NCBI GenBank assembly: GCA_964638575.1
Contig: CAZWYN010000002.1
Location: forward strand, 1-48,498
From: an uncultured Pseudomonadales bacterium
GTDB taxonomy: Bacteria > Patescibacteriota > Microgenomatia > UBA1400 > MFAQ01
DNA length: 48,498 nucleotides
Direction of reading: 5' to 3'
Every line of letters starts with the position of its first letter. The first letter of the stretch is position 1. A model generated the notes under the pieces. The model had not been told where the DNA came from, did no database searches, and saw only the letters and a program-made list of their open reading frames with translations. Of this stretch, positions 38,360 through 46,863 are shown piece by piece. The translations under genes were made by a program, and so were the position numbers.

Positions 38360-38911
38360 CTATTTGCGCACGGCAGCAAATTGCCAGTGTGGGTCCCAGT
38401 CATCACCCCACCTATGGAGGTCAAGGTAACGGTACGCTTTGTCACCCTCGAGGAAAGGCACTTCTACGCGGCCATCGGAGGGACGCCAGATGGACCCGAG
38501 CGCGACGATGGGGTCGCCCCGTTGAAGATCCAGATAAGAGGCGCTCAGAGCTAAAAGTTCCTTCAATGTGGCTGGGCGCAGTCCCTGATGGTCCAGTTCC
38601 CCGATGGCGTCTTCGCTGCTGATTTCACGGCCGAAGTTGACTAGGTATATAAACACCTGAACTTGTCCCCTCTCACCGGAAAGGAAACGACCGGAATTAA
38701 TGTCATCATTAAACCAGTCGTATTTATTAGCATCGATCATCTGCTCGACGGTCTGGTCGTATTTGACGAAGACCGAATAGCTGGGAAAAGGAAGCCAGGG
38801 TTCAACAAAGCCATTAAGGAGGGCTATGAGTCCTTCTCGTTGAGATTTAGACAGTTGGCCTCCCTTGGTAATAATATCTTTGCCAAGTTTTTCGTAAACC
38901 GAATTAGTCAT
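38360..38911 (-). CDS. hypothetical 183-aa protein with compositionally mosaic coding sequence
   Basis: It has an AAGGAG SD and its own terminator. The 3' half is markedly GC-rich by eye. I recognise no motif. Confidence 0.6.
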   Translation of the reverse strand: MTNSVYEKLGKDIITKGGQLSKSQREGLIALLNGFVEPWLPFPSYSVFVKYDQTVEQMIDANKYDWFNDDINSGRFLSGERGQVQVFIYLVNFGREISSEDAIGELDHQGLRPATLKELLALSASYLDLQRGDPIVALGSIWRPSDGRVEVPFLEGDKAYRYLDLHRWGDDWDPHWQFAAVRK

Positions 38912-39185
38912 GACTTTTATTCTCCTTTTGAGGGTAAAAAACGAGGATTAAGAATTACTTTAAAGAACTACGAACTGGAGCAGTGTAATATATTATAGGT
39001 ATTTTGTCAAATATGCGTACAGGCACCATGGCCAAATGATTTCGAGGCTACAATCTGCCCTAATTGGTTCCGAATGACGATATTTCTCTCTTTCCGAGGC
39101 TTGGGAAGTACAAAGTTAAACTTAAACTCTAAAAATGGAACAGTATCTCGATAGTTCCGGCTCTAAATGACACCACCTATTTTTA

Positions 39186-40310
39186 TCATCCAAGCTGCTC
39201 CAGATGCTTCATGAAACTTGCTGTGACCAAATCCCCGTTGTGTCTATACTTTTTCAGCCAGCCATAGGTATCCTTTACAAAGTACTCTATTTCTTCTCGG
39301 GGCACCGACTCAAATCTTGGATCGTGATACAAAAGCCTTCCCATCGTCATTCTCCGACATTTTAGGCAGCTTCCGCACCAGTGTCCAGAGCTGTTTTTGG
39401 CAATTTCCGGTGTCTCTCGTACCCATTTTTGCCTCGAATTCGGTAGCTGATAAGTAGCACTAAAACAGTTCTGCACTAGAGGAATAATCTCTATCCCCAA
39501 ACTCTTTTCCAGTCTAATTACCTCACCTACCGTCTCGATATCCCCCACGTCCACACCTTCTACCTCCATTTTTAAATTAACCTCGGCAATTAGCTTGTTA
39601 AACATCTTCCAAGCTCCCGCATTCTCGCTAAAATGACTTTTTGTTGGATCTTCAACCATATCTCCCTCAACCAAAACTTTATTTACCCCGTAAGGATAAA
39701 CCGTGACCGCCGAAACAATCGCCAGTAAAAAGTCACGCGTTCTCATAGTATCAAAACCATCATTCTTTGAGTTGTTTCGGAGACGCACTAGTTCATATGG
39801 TATCTTCCACTCCTCACACTGTTTTTTGCTCGCCAAAAACTCCTCATGATTTCCTTTTCTGTTCAAATTCCTCAAGTGAACCGCCACAACCGGCTTCTCT
39901 TTCTCCTGCATTAGCGCCAGTCGATAGGCCGAGTCCAAACCACCTGAATGCGCGCTGGCATACTCGACTTTTTGAAGATCCTCCCCTTTTTCCTTCTGCT
40001 TTTCAATTTTAATTTCCTCAGACATTTTAAAAATAGGTGGTCGATATCCGTAGTACTTATATAACTCATCAATAAACACTTTTTCGGTCACCCCAAAATT
40101 TGTCTCCACAATTTTAGGGAAAAATGGTGCAATAAGATGTGCCACCATCACGGTTCTCATAAGTCCCATTCCTTCTTCAGGTACTCCTGCAAAATCTCTG
40201 TGTTCTACAAGACCTAGCCCTCTTTTCTCTCCGGTCAACACATCCATATCCAGAAAATCCTTTCCGGATACCTTTATGTGGATTCGCTCGCACTGTTCAA
40301 TGCTTGGCAT
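39186..40310 (-). CDS. QueC-family PP-loop ATP pyrophosphatase-like protein with an N-terminal extension of about 110-120 aa
   Basis: The SGGLDS PP-loop is at residues 122-127 (nt 39930-39947, verified on the sequence). The C-terminal Cys cluster NCF...CGSCLKCRRM is QueC-like. QueC itself is about 220-230 aa. Confidence 0.65.
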   Translation of the reverse strand: MPSIEQCERIHIKVSGKDFLDMDVLTGEKRGLGLVEHRDFAGVPEEGMGLMRTVMVAHLIAPFFPKIVETNFGVTEKVFIDELYKYYGYRPPIFKMSEEIKIEKQKEKGEDLQKVEYASAHSGGLDSAYRLALMQEKEKPVVAVHLRNLNRKGNHEEFLASKKQCEEWKIPYELVRLRNNSKNDGFDTMRTRDFLLAIVSAVTVYPYGVNKVLVEGDMVEDPTKSHFSENAGAWKMFNKLIAEVNLKMEVEGVDVGDIETVGEVIRLEKSLGIEIIPLVQNCFSATYQLPNSRQKWVRETPEIAKNSSGHWCGSCLKCRRMTMGRLLYHDPRFESVPREEIEYFVKDTYGWLKKYRHNGDLVTASFMKHLEQLG

Positions 40311-40314
40311 GGGG

Positions 40315-40343
40315 ATAATATATCACGCAGATGAGGTGTCTAA
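40315..40343 (-). promoter_or_regulatory. candidate promoter abutting the QueC-like start codon
   Basis: The minus strand reads TTAGAC, 17 nt, TATTAT, then CCCC, then ATG. There is no SD, so a leaderless or near-leaderless mRNA is possible. Confidence 0.4.
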
Positions 40344-40344
40344 C

Positions 40345-40377
40345 CAATAAAATACCCCACCTTTTTAAGGCGGGGTA
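40345..40377 (-). terminator. rho-independent terminator after the 104-aa gene
   Basis: The minus strand reads TACCCCGCC-TTAAAAA-GGTGGGGTA (one mismatch) followed by TTTTATT. Confidence 0.6.
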
Positions 40378-40386
40378 TAAACCTAC

Positions 40387-40701
40387 TCAAGCAAAACATT
40401 CCACAGTCTTCAGTGCCGTGATTAAATCACACCGAAAAACGGTAGCTTTGTCGTCGTCCTGTTTGGAGAACTTAACCGTGATAATTACCATCAGCGCTCC
40501 ATTGATATCCCGATACATGGGTTCAATTAAAAACTTGTCTGTTTCCCATTCATCCTTCGAACGAGACTCCAAAACCTCCAATAACTTATTGGTATCAATC
40601 CGAAAAGTGTGCTCAACTCCTACGGAAAAGCGGACACAGAACTCGTTTTTCCCGACATAAACAATTCCACCCACGTCATTATTCATAAACACTGGTAGCA
40701 T
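40387..40701 (-). CDS. hypothetical 104-aa protein
   Basis: It is the last gene of the cysS-linked operon and has no recognisable motif. Confidence 0.5.
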   Translation of the reverse strand: MLPVFMNNDVGGIVYVGKNEFCVRFSVGVEHTFRIDTNKLLEVLESRSKDEWETDKFLIEPMYRDINGALMVIITVKFSKQDDDKATVFRCDLITALKTVECFA

Positions 40702-40734
40702 TTTCCACCTCCCAATTTCAATGTGATTTTCTAC

Positions 40735-41004
40735 TCAGGATTTTACCACCTTTTTATTCAAAATCCCCATCAACCTCATTTTTTCGCTCCTGCCCATCCT
40801 TTTGATCTCCATCTCTCTTTTTAATGCTTCGCTTCTTCCCTGCACTTTTTCACTGTAAAGCAACAGAACGGGACCCCTCCCTTTGGTGTACTTTGCTCCC
40901 CTACCTTCATTGTGCGCTGCCACACGGTTTTGAATATCATCGGTTATCCCTGTATAAAATGTTCCGTCACGACACTCCAGGATGTATACCAACCAGTCTT
41001 TCAT
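40735..41004 (-). CDS. GIY-YIG nuclease-superfamily protein (UPF0213/YhbQ-like)
   Basis: WLVYILECRDGTFYTGITDDIQNRVAAHNEGRGAKYTKGRGPV...EIKRM. Confidence 0.85.
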   Translation of the reverse strand: MKDWLVYILECRDGTFYTGITDDIQNRVAAHNEGRGAKYTKGRGPVLLLYSEKVQGRSEALKREMEIKRMGRSEKMRLMGILNKKVVKS

Positions 41005-41555
41005 TTTGCCACGATCTTCAACCTGGGTGCCGACAAGGTTATTACTCCATTGATTGTTTTCCCTTCAATATAATACTGATTTTGTCCTCTCCAGATAGAC
41101 ATCACCTTGGAATAAAAACTCTTTTTTCCATCGCTACTCGAAAAATACTCACTAAAATCTACCGCTCGATGATTGGTCGAGTCATAAAGCCGAACCGCCC
41201 CCGCTCCCTGCAACCACCCTTGCCAGGAAACTTCTACCGTTTTCCCATACAAAGAAGTGTCCAAAGTAAAGTCTGTCCCCGAAATCTTTGTCCAGCCAAA
41301 ACTGCTTATATCTCCACCCAAAAGGGACACAAAAGACTCTTTAGCTTTACTTGTACTTTTATAAGAAATCAGTCCGGCATTTTTTTCCAAAGAATAAACC
41401 CGGTTTTCTAAAGAAGTCACTCTTTCTTCCATTGTTCTTGTAGTCGTCAGGGCCAACACATTTTCACTTCCTTTCGTCACTACATCCCAAACCTTCCATC
41501 CGGCCAAGCCGAACACAATAAATAGCATCACCAGGTACGGTCTTTTCAGAGCCAT
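41001..41555 (-). CDS. membrane-anchored extracytoplasmic protein, function unknown
   Basis: It has an N-terminal TM helix (YLVMLFIVFGLAGW). Its stop overlaps the GIY-YIG start (ATGA). Confidence 0.55.
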   Translation of the reverse strand: MALKRPYLVMLFIVFGLAGWKVWDVVTKGSENVLALTTTRTMEERVTSLENRVYSLEKNAGLISYKSTSKAKESFVSLLGGDISSFGWTKISGTDFTLDTSLYGKTVEVSWQGWLQGAGAVRLYDSTNHRAVDFSEYFSSSDGKKSFYSKVMSIWRGQNQYYIEGKTINGVITLSAPRLKIVAK

Positions 41556-41572
41556 AAATCAGTCTAACACAA

Positions 41573-42988
41573 TCAAATCTTCTCTACCTTCGCCCCCTCC
41601 GCGTAGTCTTCGACTTTGTATCCCTTGTCCTCAATTTCTTTACGCAAAGCATCAGACTGTTCCCAGTTCTTTGCTTTTCGAAACTCTTCTCTCTTGGTCA
41701 AAATTTCTCTTATATCCTCGGGGACTCCCACATTTTTATCTTCTTCGGTTCCCAGGTTTAAACCCAAAACAGAGTCCATCACAATGATTAGATTCTTCTT
41801 TGCTGCATCCGATATCTCACTCTTCATCATTTCCCAAACAACAGAAAGCGCCGATGATGTATTCAGGTCATCCTCCATCGCTTCCACAAACTTTTTGTAA
41901 TACTCGCCCCCCTCCGGAGACCATCCGTCGGCAGTTACCGGGATATCGGCCAAATCGACCACCATTTTATTCAATTTAGTCAAAGCGGTTTTTGCTCCGT
42001 TTAGACCTTCCCAGGTAAAGTTCATCTGTTTGCGATAGTGTGTCGTTAGAAAATAGTAACGCAGCGCCAACGGTGAAAAACCTTTTTCCGCCAAGTCTGT
42101 CAGTTTATACAAATTTCCCAAACTCTTACTCATCTTCTTGCCATCAACCATCAAAAAAGCGGTGTGCATCCAGTATTTTACAAATGGTTTTTTACCTGTT
42201 GCTGCCTCACTCTGGGCAATCTCATTTGGGTGGTGAATCGAAAGATGGTCTTCCCCACCGGTGTGAATATCAAACTGTTCACCCAAATACTTCATACTCA
42301 TCGCCGAACACTCAATGTGCCATCCTGGAAACCCGTCCCCCCAAGGACTCTCCCAGTGCATCACATGATTGGCAAATCTTCCCACTCTTTTAAACCACAA
42401 AACAAAGTCCGCCGGATGTTTCTTGTGCTCCCCGGTCTCCACTTCTTCTCGAGCACCAACGGCTCTGTCGTCAAACGACTGGTTGAACATCTTGCCGTAA
42501 TCGGCAAACTTAGTTACATCAAAATAAACCGCCTCGGGTGTGTCATATCCATACCCATTTGCCAAAATTCTCTCGATCAGGGCTATTTGCTCCGGTATGT
42601 GTTCGGTTGCCTTACACACTACCGTCGGGGGCAAGACGTTCAGCTGTTCCATCACCTTATTGAAATACTCGGTAAACTCCTCTGCTACCTCCCAAACAGT
42701 CTTACCCATCTTTGCCGCCCCTTTCTCCATCTTATCTTCACCGCTGTCGGAATCCGAAGTTAGGTGTCCCACATCCGTCACATTCTGTACGTGAGTTACC
42801 CTCAGCTCCTCCAGAACCTCCAGCACTCGTCGCAAGATATCATCATGAACATACTTAATACCGTGTCCGATATGAGTAAAACCATAAACCGTCGGTCCAC
42901 AAGCATACATCCCCACCTGTCCTTTATGGATAGGCTCAAACTCCTCCACCTTTTTTGTCAGACTGTTATAGAGATGCAACATATCCAA
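41573..42988 (-). CDS. cysS: cysteine--tRNA ligase
   Basis: Contains the HIGH-type motif (GFTHIGH), KMSKSLGN and class I layout. Confidence 0.95.
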   Translation of the reverse strand: MDMLHLYNSLTKKVEEFEPIHKGQVGMYACGPTVYGFTHIGHGIKYVHDDILRRVLEVLEELRVTHVQNVTDVGHLTSDSDSGEDKMEKGAAKMGKTVWEVAEEFTEYFNKVMEQLNVLPPTVVCKATEHIPEQIALIERILANGYGYDTPEAVYFDVTKFADYGKMFNQSFDDRAVGAREEVETGEHKKHPADFVLWFKRVGRFANHVMHWESPWGDGFPGWHIECSAMSMKYLGEQFDIHTGGEDHLSIHHPNEIAQSEAATGKKPFVKYWMHTAFLMVDGKKMSKSLGNLYKLTDLAEKGFSPLALRYYFLTTHYRKQMNFTWEGLNGAKTALTKLNKMVVDLADIPVTADGWSPEGGEYYKKFVEAMEDDLNTSSALSVVWEMMKSEISDAAKKNLIIVMDSVLGLNLGTEEDKNVGVPEDIREILTKREEFRKAKNWEQSDALRKEIEDKGYKVEDYAEGAKVEKI

Positions 42989-43015
42989 ATTGTACCGTAA
43001 TAGAGTAGCAAATGC

Positions 43016-43456
43016 CTACTCCGCTATTCTTCCTTTTTCGGTTGTGGTCTGTGACCTGTTTATTATTCTTTTTACCCAAGACTCTTGCTCCATTTTTTTC
43101 TGTTCAACCTTTTCGGTTTCTTGTTGTTTCTCCATCATTTTTTCTTCCGCAATCTTCTGATCCAACACTCGTTTTCTTTGAATATATCGGGACAACTCGT
43201 CTTTTACCTGTTCGAATCGTCTTTTTTCGGCCTCCTTCATTTCTCTCCAGACCCTATTTCTTTCGACACCTTTATTTTGCTCTTTGTCTGTCGTCGGCAC
43301 GACTGAACTGGGAGACGATGAAATCTGTTCTATTGACTCATGAGCAATATCTGCCACCGCCCCTACCGTTCCTTTTACGGCACTCTGACCAATCTCGAAT
43401 AAATTGTCGGCCACGCTTTGACCAACCTGACCTAATACACCGGGCATTACCTTCAT
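43016..43456 (-). CDS. hypothetical coiled-coil, Lys/Glu-rich protein
   Basis: 146 aa with a charged helical C-terminal half. The start could be 43456 or 43447. Confidence 0.5.
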   Translation of the reverse strand: MKVMPGVLGQVGQSVADNLFEIGQSAVKGTVGAVADIAHESIEQISSSPSSVVPTTDKEQNKGVERNRVWREMKEAEKRRFEQVKDELSRYIQRKRVLDQKIAEEKMMEKQQETEKVEQKKMEQESWVKRIINRSQTTTEKGRIAE

Positions 43457-43464
43457 TTAATCAC

Positions 43465-43486
43465 AAAAAGCCCCCTCTTCGGGGGC
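43465..43486 (-). terminator. rho-independent terminator
   Basis: GCCCCC-GAAGA-GGGGGC followed by TTTTT on the minus strand. Confidence 0.55.
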
Positions 43487-43501
43487 AACATCAATAATCT
43501 C

Positions 43502-43735
43502 TTAGTCTGCTTCTAAATAAAACTCGGGTCGCAAACCGTCCTGAAGACCTTTGAAATATCCTTGCCAGTAATCAAAATTCATACTCGGCGATACTTCAAA
43601 CAACTTCTCGCCGATAAGACAAGTAACCGTCACTCTTTCTCGAGAAACTTTCTCAAAAACTCTTTTACAGTAGTCTTCGGTACGCTCACCTTCAATCCTC
43701 TGCACTACGATCATTCCCATTTTTCCCTCCTTCAA
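43502..43735 (-). CDS. hypothetical 77-aa protein
   Basis: An ORF between recR and a terminator, with no motif. Confidence 0.45.
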   Translation of the reverse strand: MKEGKMGMIVVQRIEGERTEDYCKRVFEKVSRERVTVTCLIGEKLFEVSPSMNFDYWQGYFKGLQDGLRPEFYLEAD

Positions 43736-43756
43736 GGTGCTGTTGTCCGTATTTTA

Positions 43757-44371
43757 CTACATCTCACTTCTACCCTCCAAGGCTCGGAGAAGTGTCTGGC
43801 CATCAGCGTACTCCACGTCTGCTCCGGTCGGTAAACCCCTCCCTATTCTCGTGATTTTCATCCCTTTCCCGAGCTCCATATCCTTTATTTTTGACGTAAT
43901 ATACATTGCTGTTGCTTCGCCTTCCATATTTGGATTGGTGGCGATCACCAGCTCCTTTATTTCTCCCGTCTTAACTCTCGCCAGTAGCTGTGGAATTCGT
44001 AAATCATTTGGTCCGATATTTGCCAAAGGATTAATTACTCCTCCCAGTACGTGATACACCCCTTTATAGCCATCGGCTCTCTCAAAAGCCAAAAGGTCAA
44101 GAGCGTTCTCCACCACACATACCTGGGATCTATCTCTGTCCTCATCCTGACATACCGGACAAAACTCCTCTTCACCCACATTAAAACACAGAGCACAAAG
44201 TTTGGTGTTCTTTTTGAGATTTTCCAATGCTTCACCAAACTTAGTTAGCTTTTCCTGAGGCACATTTAAAAGATAGTACGCTAATCTCGCTGCCGACTTC
44301 GGTCCTACTCCCGGCAAGGACTCAAACGCGTCGATCACTTTCTGAACCGGCCGGATGCTTCTCATAATCAA
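43757..44371 (-). CDS. recR: recombination protein RecR
   Basis: Contains LPGVGPKSAARLAYYLL (HhH), a C4 zinc finger (CALC...CPVC) and a Toprim domain. Confidence 0.93.
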   Translation of the reverse strand: MIMRSIRPVQKVIDAFESLPGVGPKSAARLAYYLLNVPQEKLTKFGEALENLKKNTKLCALCFNVGEEEFCPVCQDEDRDRSQVCVVENALDLLAFERADGYKGVYHVLGGVINPLANIGPNDLRIPQLLARVKTGEIKELVIATNPNMEGEATAMYITSKIKDMELGKGMKITRIGRGLPTGADVEYADGQTLLRALEGRSEM

Positions 44372-44372
44372 A

Positions 44373-44666
44373 TTACATCCCTTTCGGCATGTTTGCGAGT
44401 ACCTTGGAAAGATCTCCCATCGAGTCCTTCATTTCTTCAGCCGAGTACTTCTGAGCCTTGGTAATAGCTTCATTAATCACTTTGACCGCCTTATTCATGT
44501 TCTCATCGTCAATGAATAATTCTTTCAACTTTCCGTCTCCTGTAACAATCGCTTTAACACCATCTTCTTCTACCTCGGTTTTGTGAGACTGAATCTTCTT
44601 CTGCAGTATTGCCAATTTTGCAATAGCGGCACCTTGTGAACCAAACTGTTTTATTCCGTTGAACAT
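44373..44666 (-). CDS. ybaB: YbaB/EbfC-family nucleoid-associated protein
   Basis: 97 aa, located between dnaX and recR in the conserved order. Confidence 0.88.
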   Translation of the reverse strand: MFNGIKQFGSQGAAIAKLAILQKKIQSHKTEVEEDGVKAIVTGDGKLKELFIDDENMNKAVKVINEAITKAQKYSAEEMKDSMGDLSKVLANMPKGM

Positions 44667-44710
44667 TTTTGAAAAATATATTAATAACTTTTCTCAAAAC
44701 CTATTGTATA

Positions 44711-46252
44711 TCATCCTCCGAAAATCTTTTCCGCCGCCCCAATGATTTCCTTATCCCCAGCCGTGTCCTTATTCACCGGCTCAACATTTATATCCTGCAG
44801 CTCAGGTTCCGTCCTGGATGGTCCTTTTTCCCCGAGAACACACCTGAAAGTCATCGGTCCCCAGATCTTGGTCATCTGTTCCTCAATCAATTTCTTTTTG
44901 ACATCCCGCTCCAACATATCTTGCTGGAATCGTGAGGTAACCGACAATGTTAGAGACTTTCCCCTAACATCCACCGGCGACACTAGTCGTAACATTCCGG
45001 CCAATGATCCATAGCTGGCAGACATCACGTTTATAAAGTCCATCCACTCCGTCTTTATTTTTTCGATATTGGCCAAAGGACCGTCGTAATTCTGTACAAC
45101 TTGGTTGTCCTTATTTTCCGAATCTTCCCCGCGTATAGCACTATCTGCACTTACAGATTTAATCTCATCCTTCTTTTCTTCTTGCCGGGCAGGCGCCTCA
45201 ACTTTTGGGACACTCGCCCCTCCACCGCTGTCATCGATAGCTAAAGTTAACAAGGCAATTTCCAAAGGCAATAGCGGTAATGGAGACACTTTTATCTTGT
45301 CGGTGGCCTCAATTAGCTCATCTACCAACTTTATCTCGTCTTCAATGCCGGAACCTCTCTCCAAGTTATTTTCCAGCATAAACTTTACTTCCGTCAGTAG
45401 CGATGTTGCCAGTACCGGAGCCTTTATCCCCGCTTTTTCCATCTCTCCAAATATTCTCACAATCTTAGCGGACTCCCTATTTTTGGCAGCCTCCAATAAC
45501 TTCTTAATCGATTGCCGTCCGACAATTCCCAAGACCTGTAAAACCAAAACCGAGTCTATAGTCTTTCCATAAGCTGCTACTTGTTCCAAAAATTTATGCC
45601 CTTCACGGAAACTGCCATCGGTTGCTTCGGCAATCTCTTGCAGTGCTTCCTCATCGATATCTAGAGCTTCTCCCTTGACCGCTTTCATCAAAGACCCCAC
45701 TATTTCTTTGTTGGTTGCCTTTGTAAAATTCACCCTGGCACAACGACTAATGATCGTCTCCGGCACTTTCTGGGCTTCTGTTGTACAAAGGATAAAGATT
45801 GCGTGTTTGGGAGGTTCTTCCAGAGTCTTCAGAAGAGCGTTAAAACCTGCCGTTGACACCATATGCACCTCATCGATGATGTAAACCTTTTTAGGAAGCT
45901 GCACGGGGGCCAGACGCACCTTTTCGCGTAGGTCACGGATGTCGTCCACCAAACCACTGGAGGCAGCGTCAATTTCAATTACGTCTACACTGTTACCGGC
46001 GGTCAAACTCTCGCAGGCGTCACACTTACCGCATGGCTCTTCAAAACCGTCTTTCCTGCCCTGGTTTTTCTCACAATTCACCACCTGAGCAAGGATTCTG
46101 GCCGCACTGGTTTTTCCCGACCCTCGAGGGCCCACAAACAAGTATGCGTGGGATATCTTGCCACTCTTTAAACTCGACTCCAAAGACTCCCGAACAGACA
46201 CCAGGTCCAGCTCACCGATTTTCTTTGGTCGATATTTTTGATAAAAACTCAC
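44711..46252 (-). CDS. dnaX: DNA polymerase III subunit gamma/tau
   Basis: Contains YRPKKIGEL, GPRGSGKTS, a Zn module (CGKCDACES), DEVHM and the SRC motif. Confidence 0.93.
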   Translation of the reverse strand: MSFYQKYRPKKIGELDLVSVRESLESSLKSGKISHAYLFVGPRGSGKTSAARILAQVVNCEKNQGRKDGFEEPCGKCDACESLTAGNSVDVIEIDAASSGLVDDIRDLREKVRLAPVQLPKKVYIIDEVHMVSTAGFNALLKTLEEPPKHAIFILCTTEAQKVPETIISRCARVNFTKATNKEIVGSLMKAVKGEALDIDEEALQEIAEATDGSFREGHKFLEQVAAYGKTIDSVLVLQVLGIVGRQSIKKLLEAAKNRESAKIVRIFGEMEKAGIKAPVLATSLLTEVKFMLENNLERGSGIEDEIKLVDELIEATDKIKVSPLPLLPLEIALLTLAIDDSGGGASVPKVEAPARQEEKKDEIKSVSADSAIRGEDSENKDNQVVQNYDGPLANIEKIKTEWMDFINVMSASYGSLAGMLRLVSPVDVRGKSLTLSVTSRFQQDMLERDVKKKLIEEQMTKIWGPMTFRCVLGEKGPSRTEPELQDINVEPVNKDTAGDKEIIGAAEKIFGG

Positions 46253-46430
46253 ACTAACACCTTATGTTGTCCCCCTCACTCGTGTCAACTACTAATAACC
46301 CTATCACAACCACTCAGTTTTCCCTTGCACTATATCAATTTTCTTTTTCAAATACCCTCTCAAAAATCGTTAAAACTTACTCAATACCAGAAATTAGTTC
46401 ACCCTCATCGCTTTAAAACCTCATTTTTAC

Positions 46431-46458
46431 CAAAAAATACCCGGGGTAATCCCGGGTA
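46431..46458 (-). terminator. rho-independent terminator
   Basis: TACCCGGG-ATTAC-CCCGGGTA followed by T6 on the minus strand. Confidence 0.7.
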
Positions 46459-46466
46459 AACCTCTA

Positions 46467-46841
46467 TTATTTTCCTCTGTGAAGGCTTATTAAATACCAA
46501 TCACCCTCATAATTGGTGATGAGAATTTCTTTATCATCCTTAATCTCGATGTCCAAAACTCCCTTCCAGTCCGACACCGATATCAACAAGTCATCCGTAC
46601 CCTCAACAACAAAAACCAGATACTCTTTTCGATGGTTCTTCTCCCCCCTTACTTCCAAACGAATAGGGTTCAGAAGACTTAGATTGAGTTTCTGATCGGT
46701 TACTGTAACTGAACCGCCATCTTTCCCCAATTTATATTTAAAATCAAACAGGCGACCTGAGAGCAACTCGGTTAATTTTTTAATCGGAGTTGACATCTCG
46801 TTTAAACGTAAAATAACCATCTGGTATCTTTTAGTTGTCAT
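46467..46841 (-). CDS. hypothetical 124-aa protein, distant paralogue of its neighbour
   Basis: It shares ungapped motifs with the ORF at 46864..47205 (MVILRLNE...LSGRLFDF versus IMILSVED...LEGRIFDV). Confidence 0.5.
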   Translation of the reverse strand: MTTKRYQMVILRLNEMSTPIKKLTELLSGRLFDFKYKLGKDGGSVTVTDQKLNLSLLNPIRLEVRGEKNHRKEYLVFVVEGTDDLLISVSDWKGVLDIEIKDDKEILITNYEGDWYLISLHRGK

Positions 46842-46863
46842 CTTACTCCTCTCGATCTCCGTC

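Noticed and set aside
38341-38622. A 93-aa Arg-rich plus-strand ORF in the GC-rich segment
   Set aside because: It is antisense to the 183-aa gene. Long open antisense frames are expected in GC-rich DNA, and it has no SD or promoter.
42040-42794. Several 84-199-aa plus-strand ORFs
   Set aside because: All lie antisense within cysS and none has a motif.
42989-43015. A T-box or other leader upstream of cysS
   Set aside because: Only 27 bp of intergenic space is available, which is too short for a riboswitch.
43012-43497. A 161-aa plus-strand ORF (Phe/Leu/Pro-rich)
   Set aside because: It is the low-complexity mirror of the Lys/Glu-rich minus-strand ORF, and it runs through a minus-strand terminator.
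44891-44901. A possible dnaX programmed -1 frameshift site (C-AAA-AAG)
   Set aside because: It is not a true X-XXY-YYZ heptamer, and it lies near the extreme C-terminus rather than after domain III.
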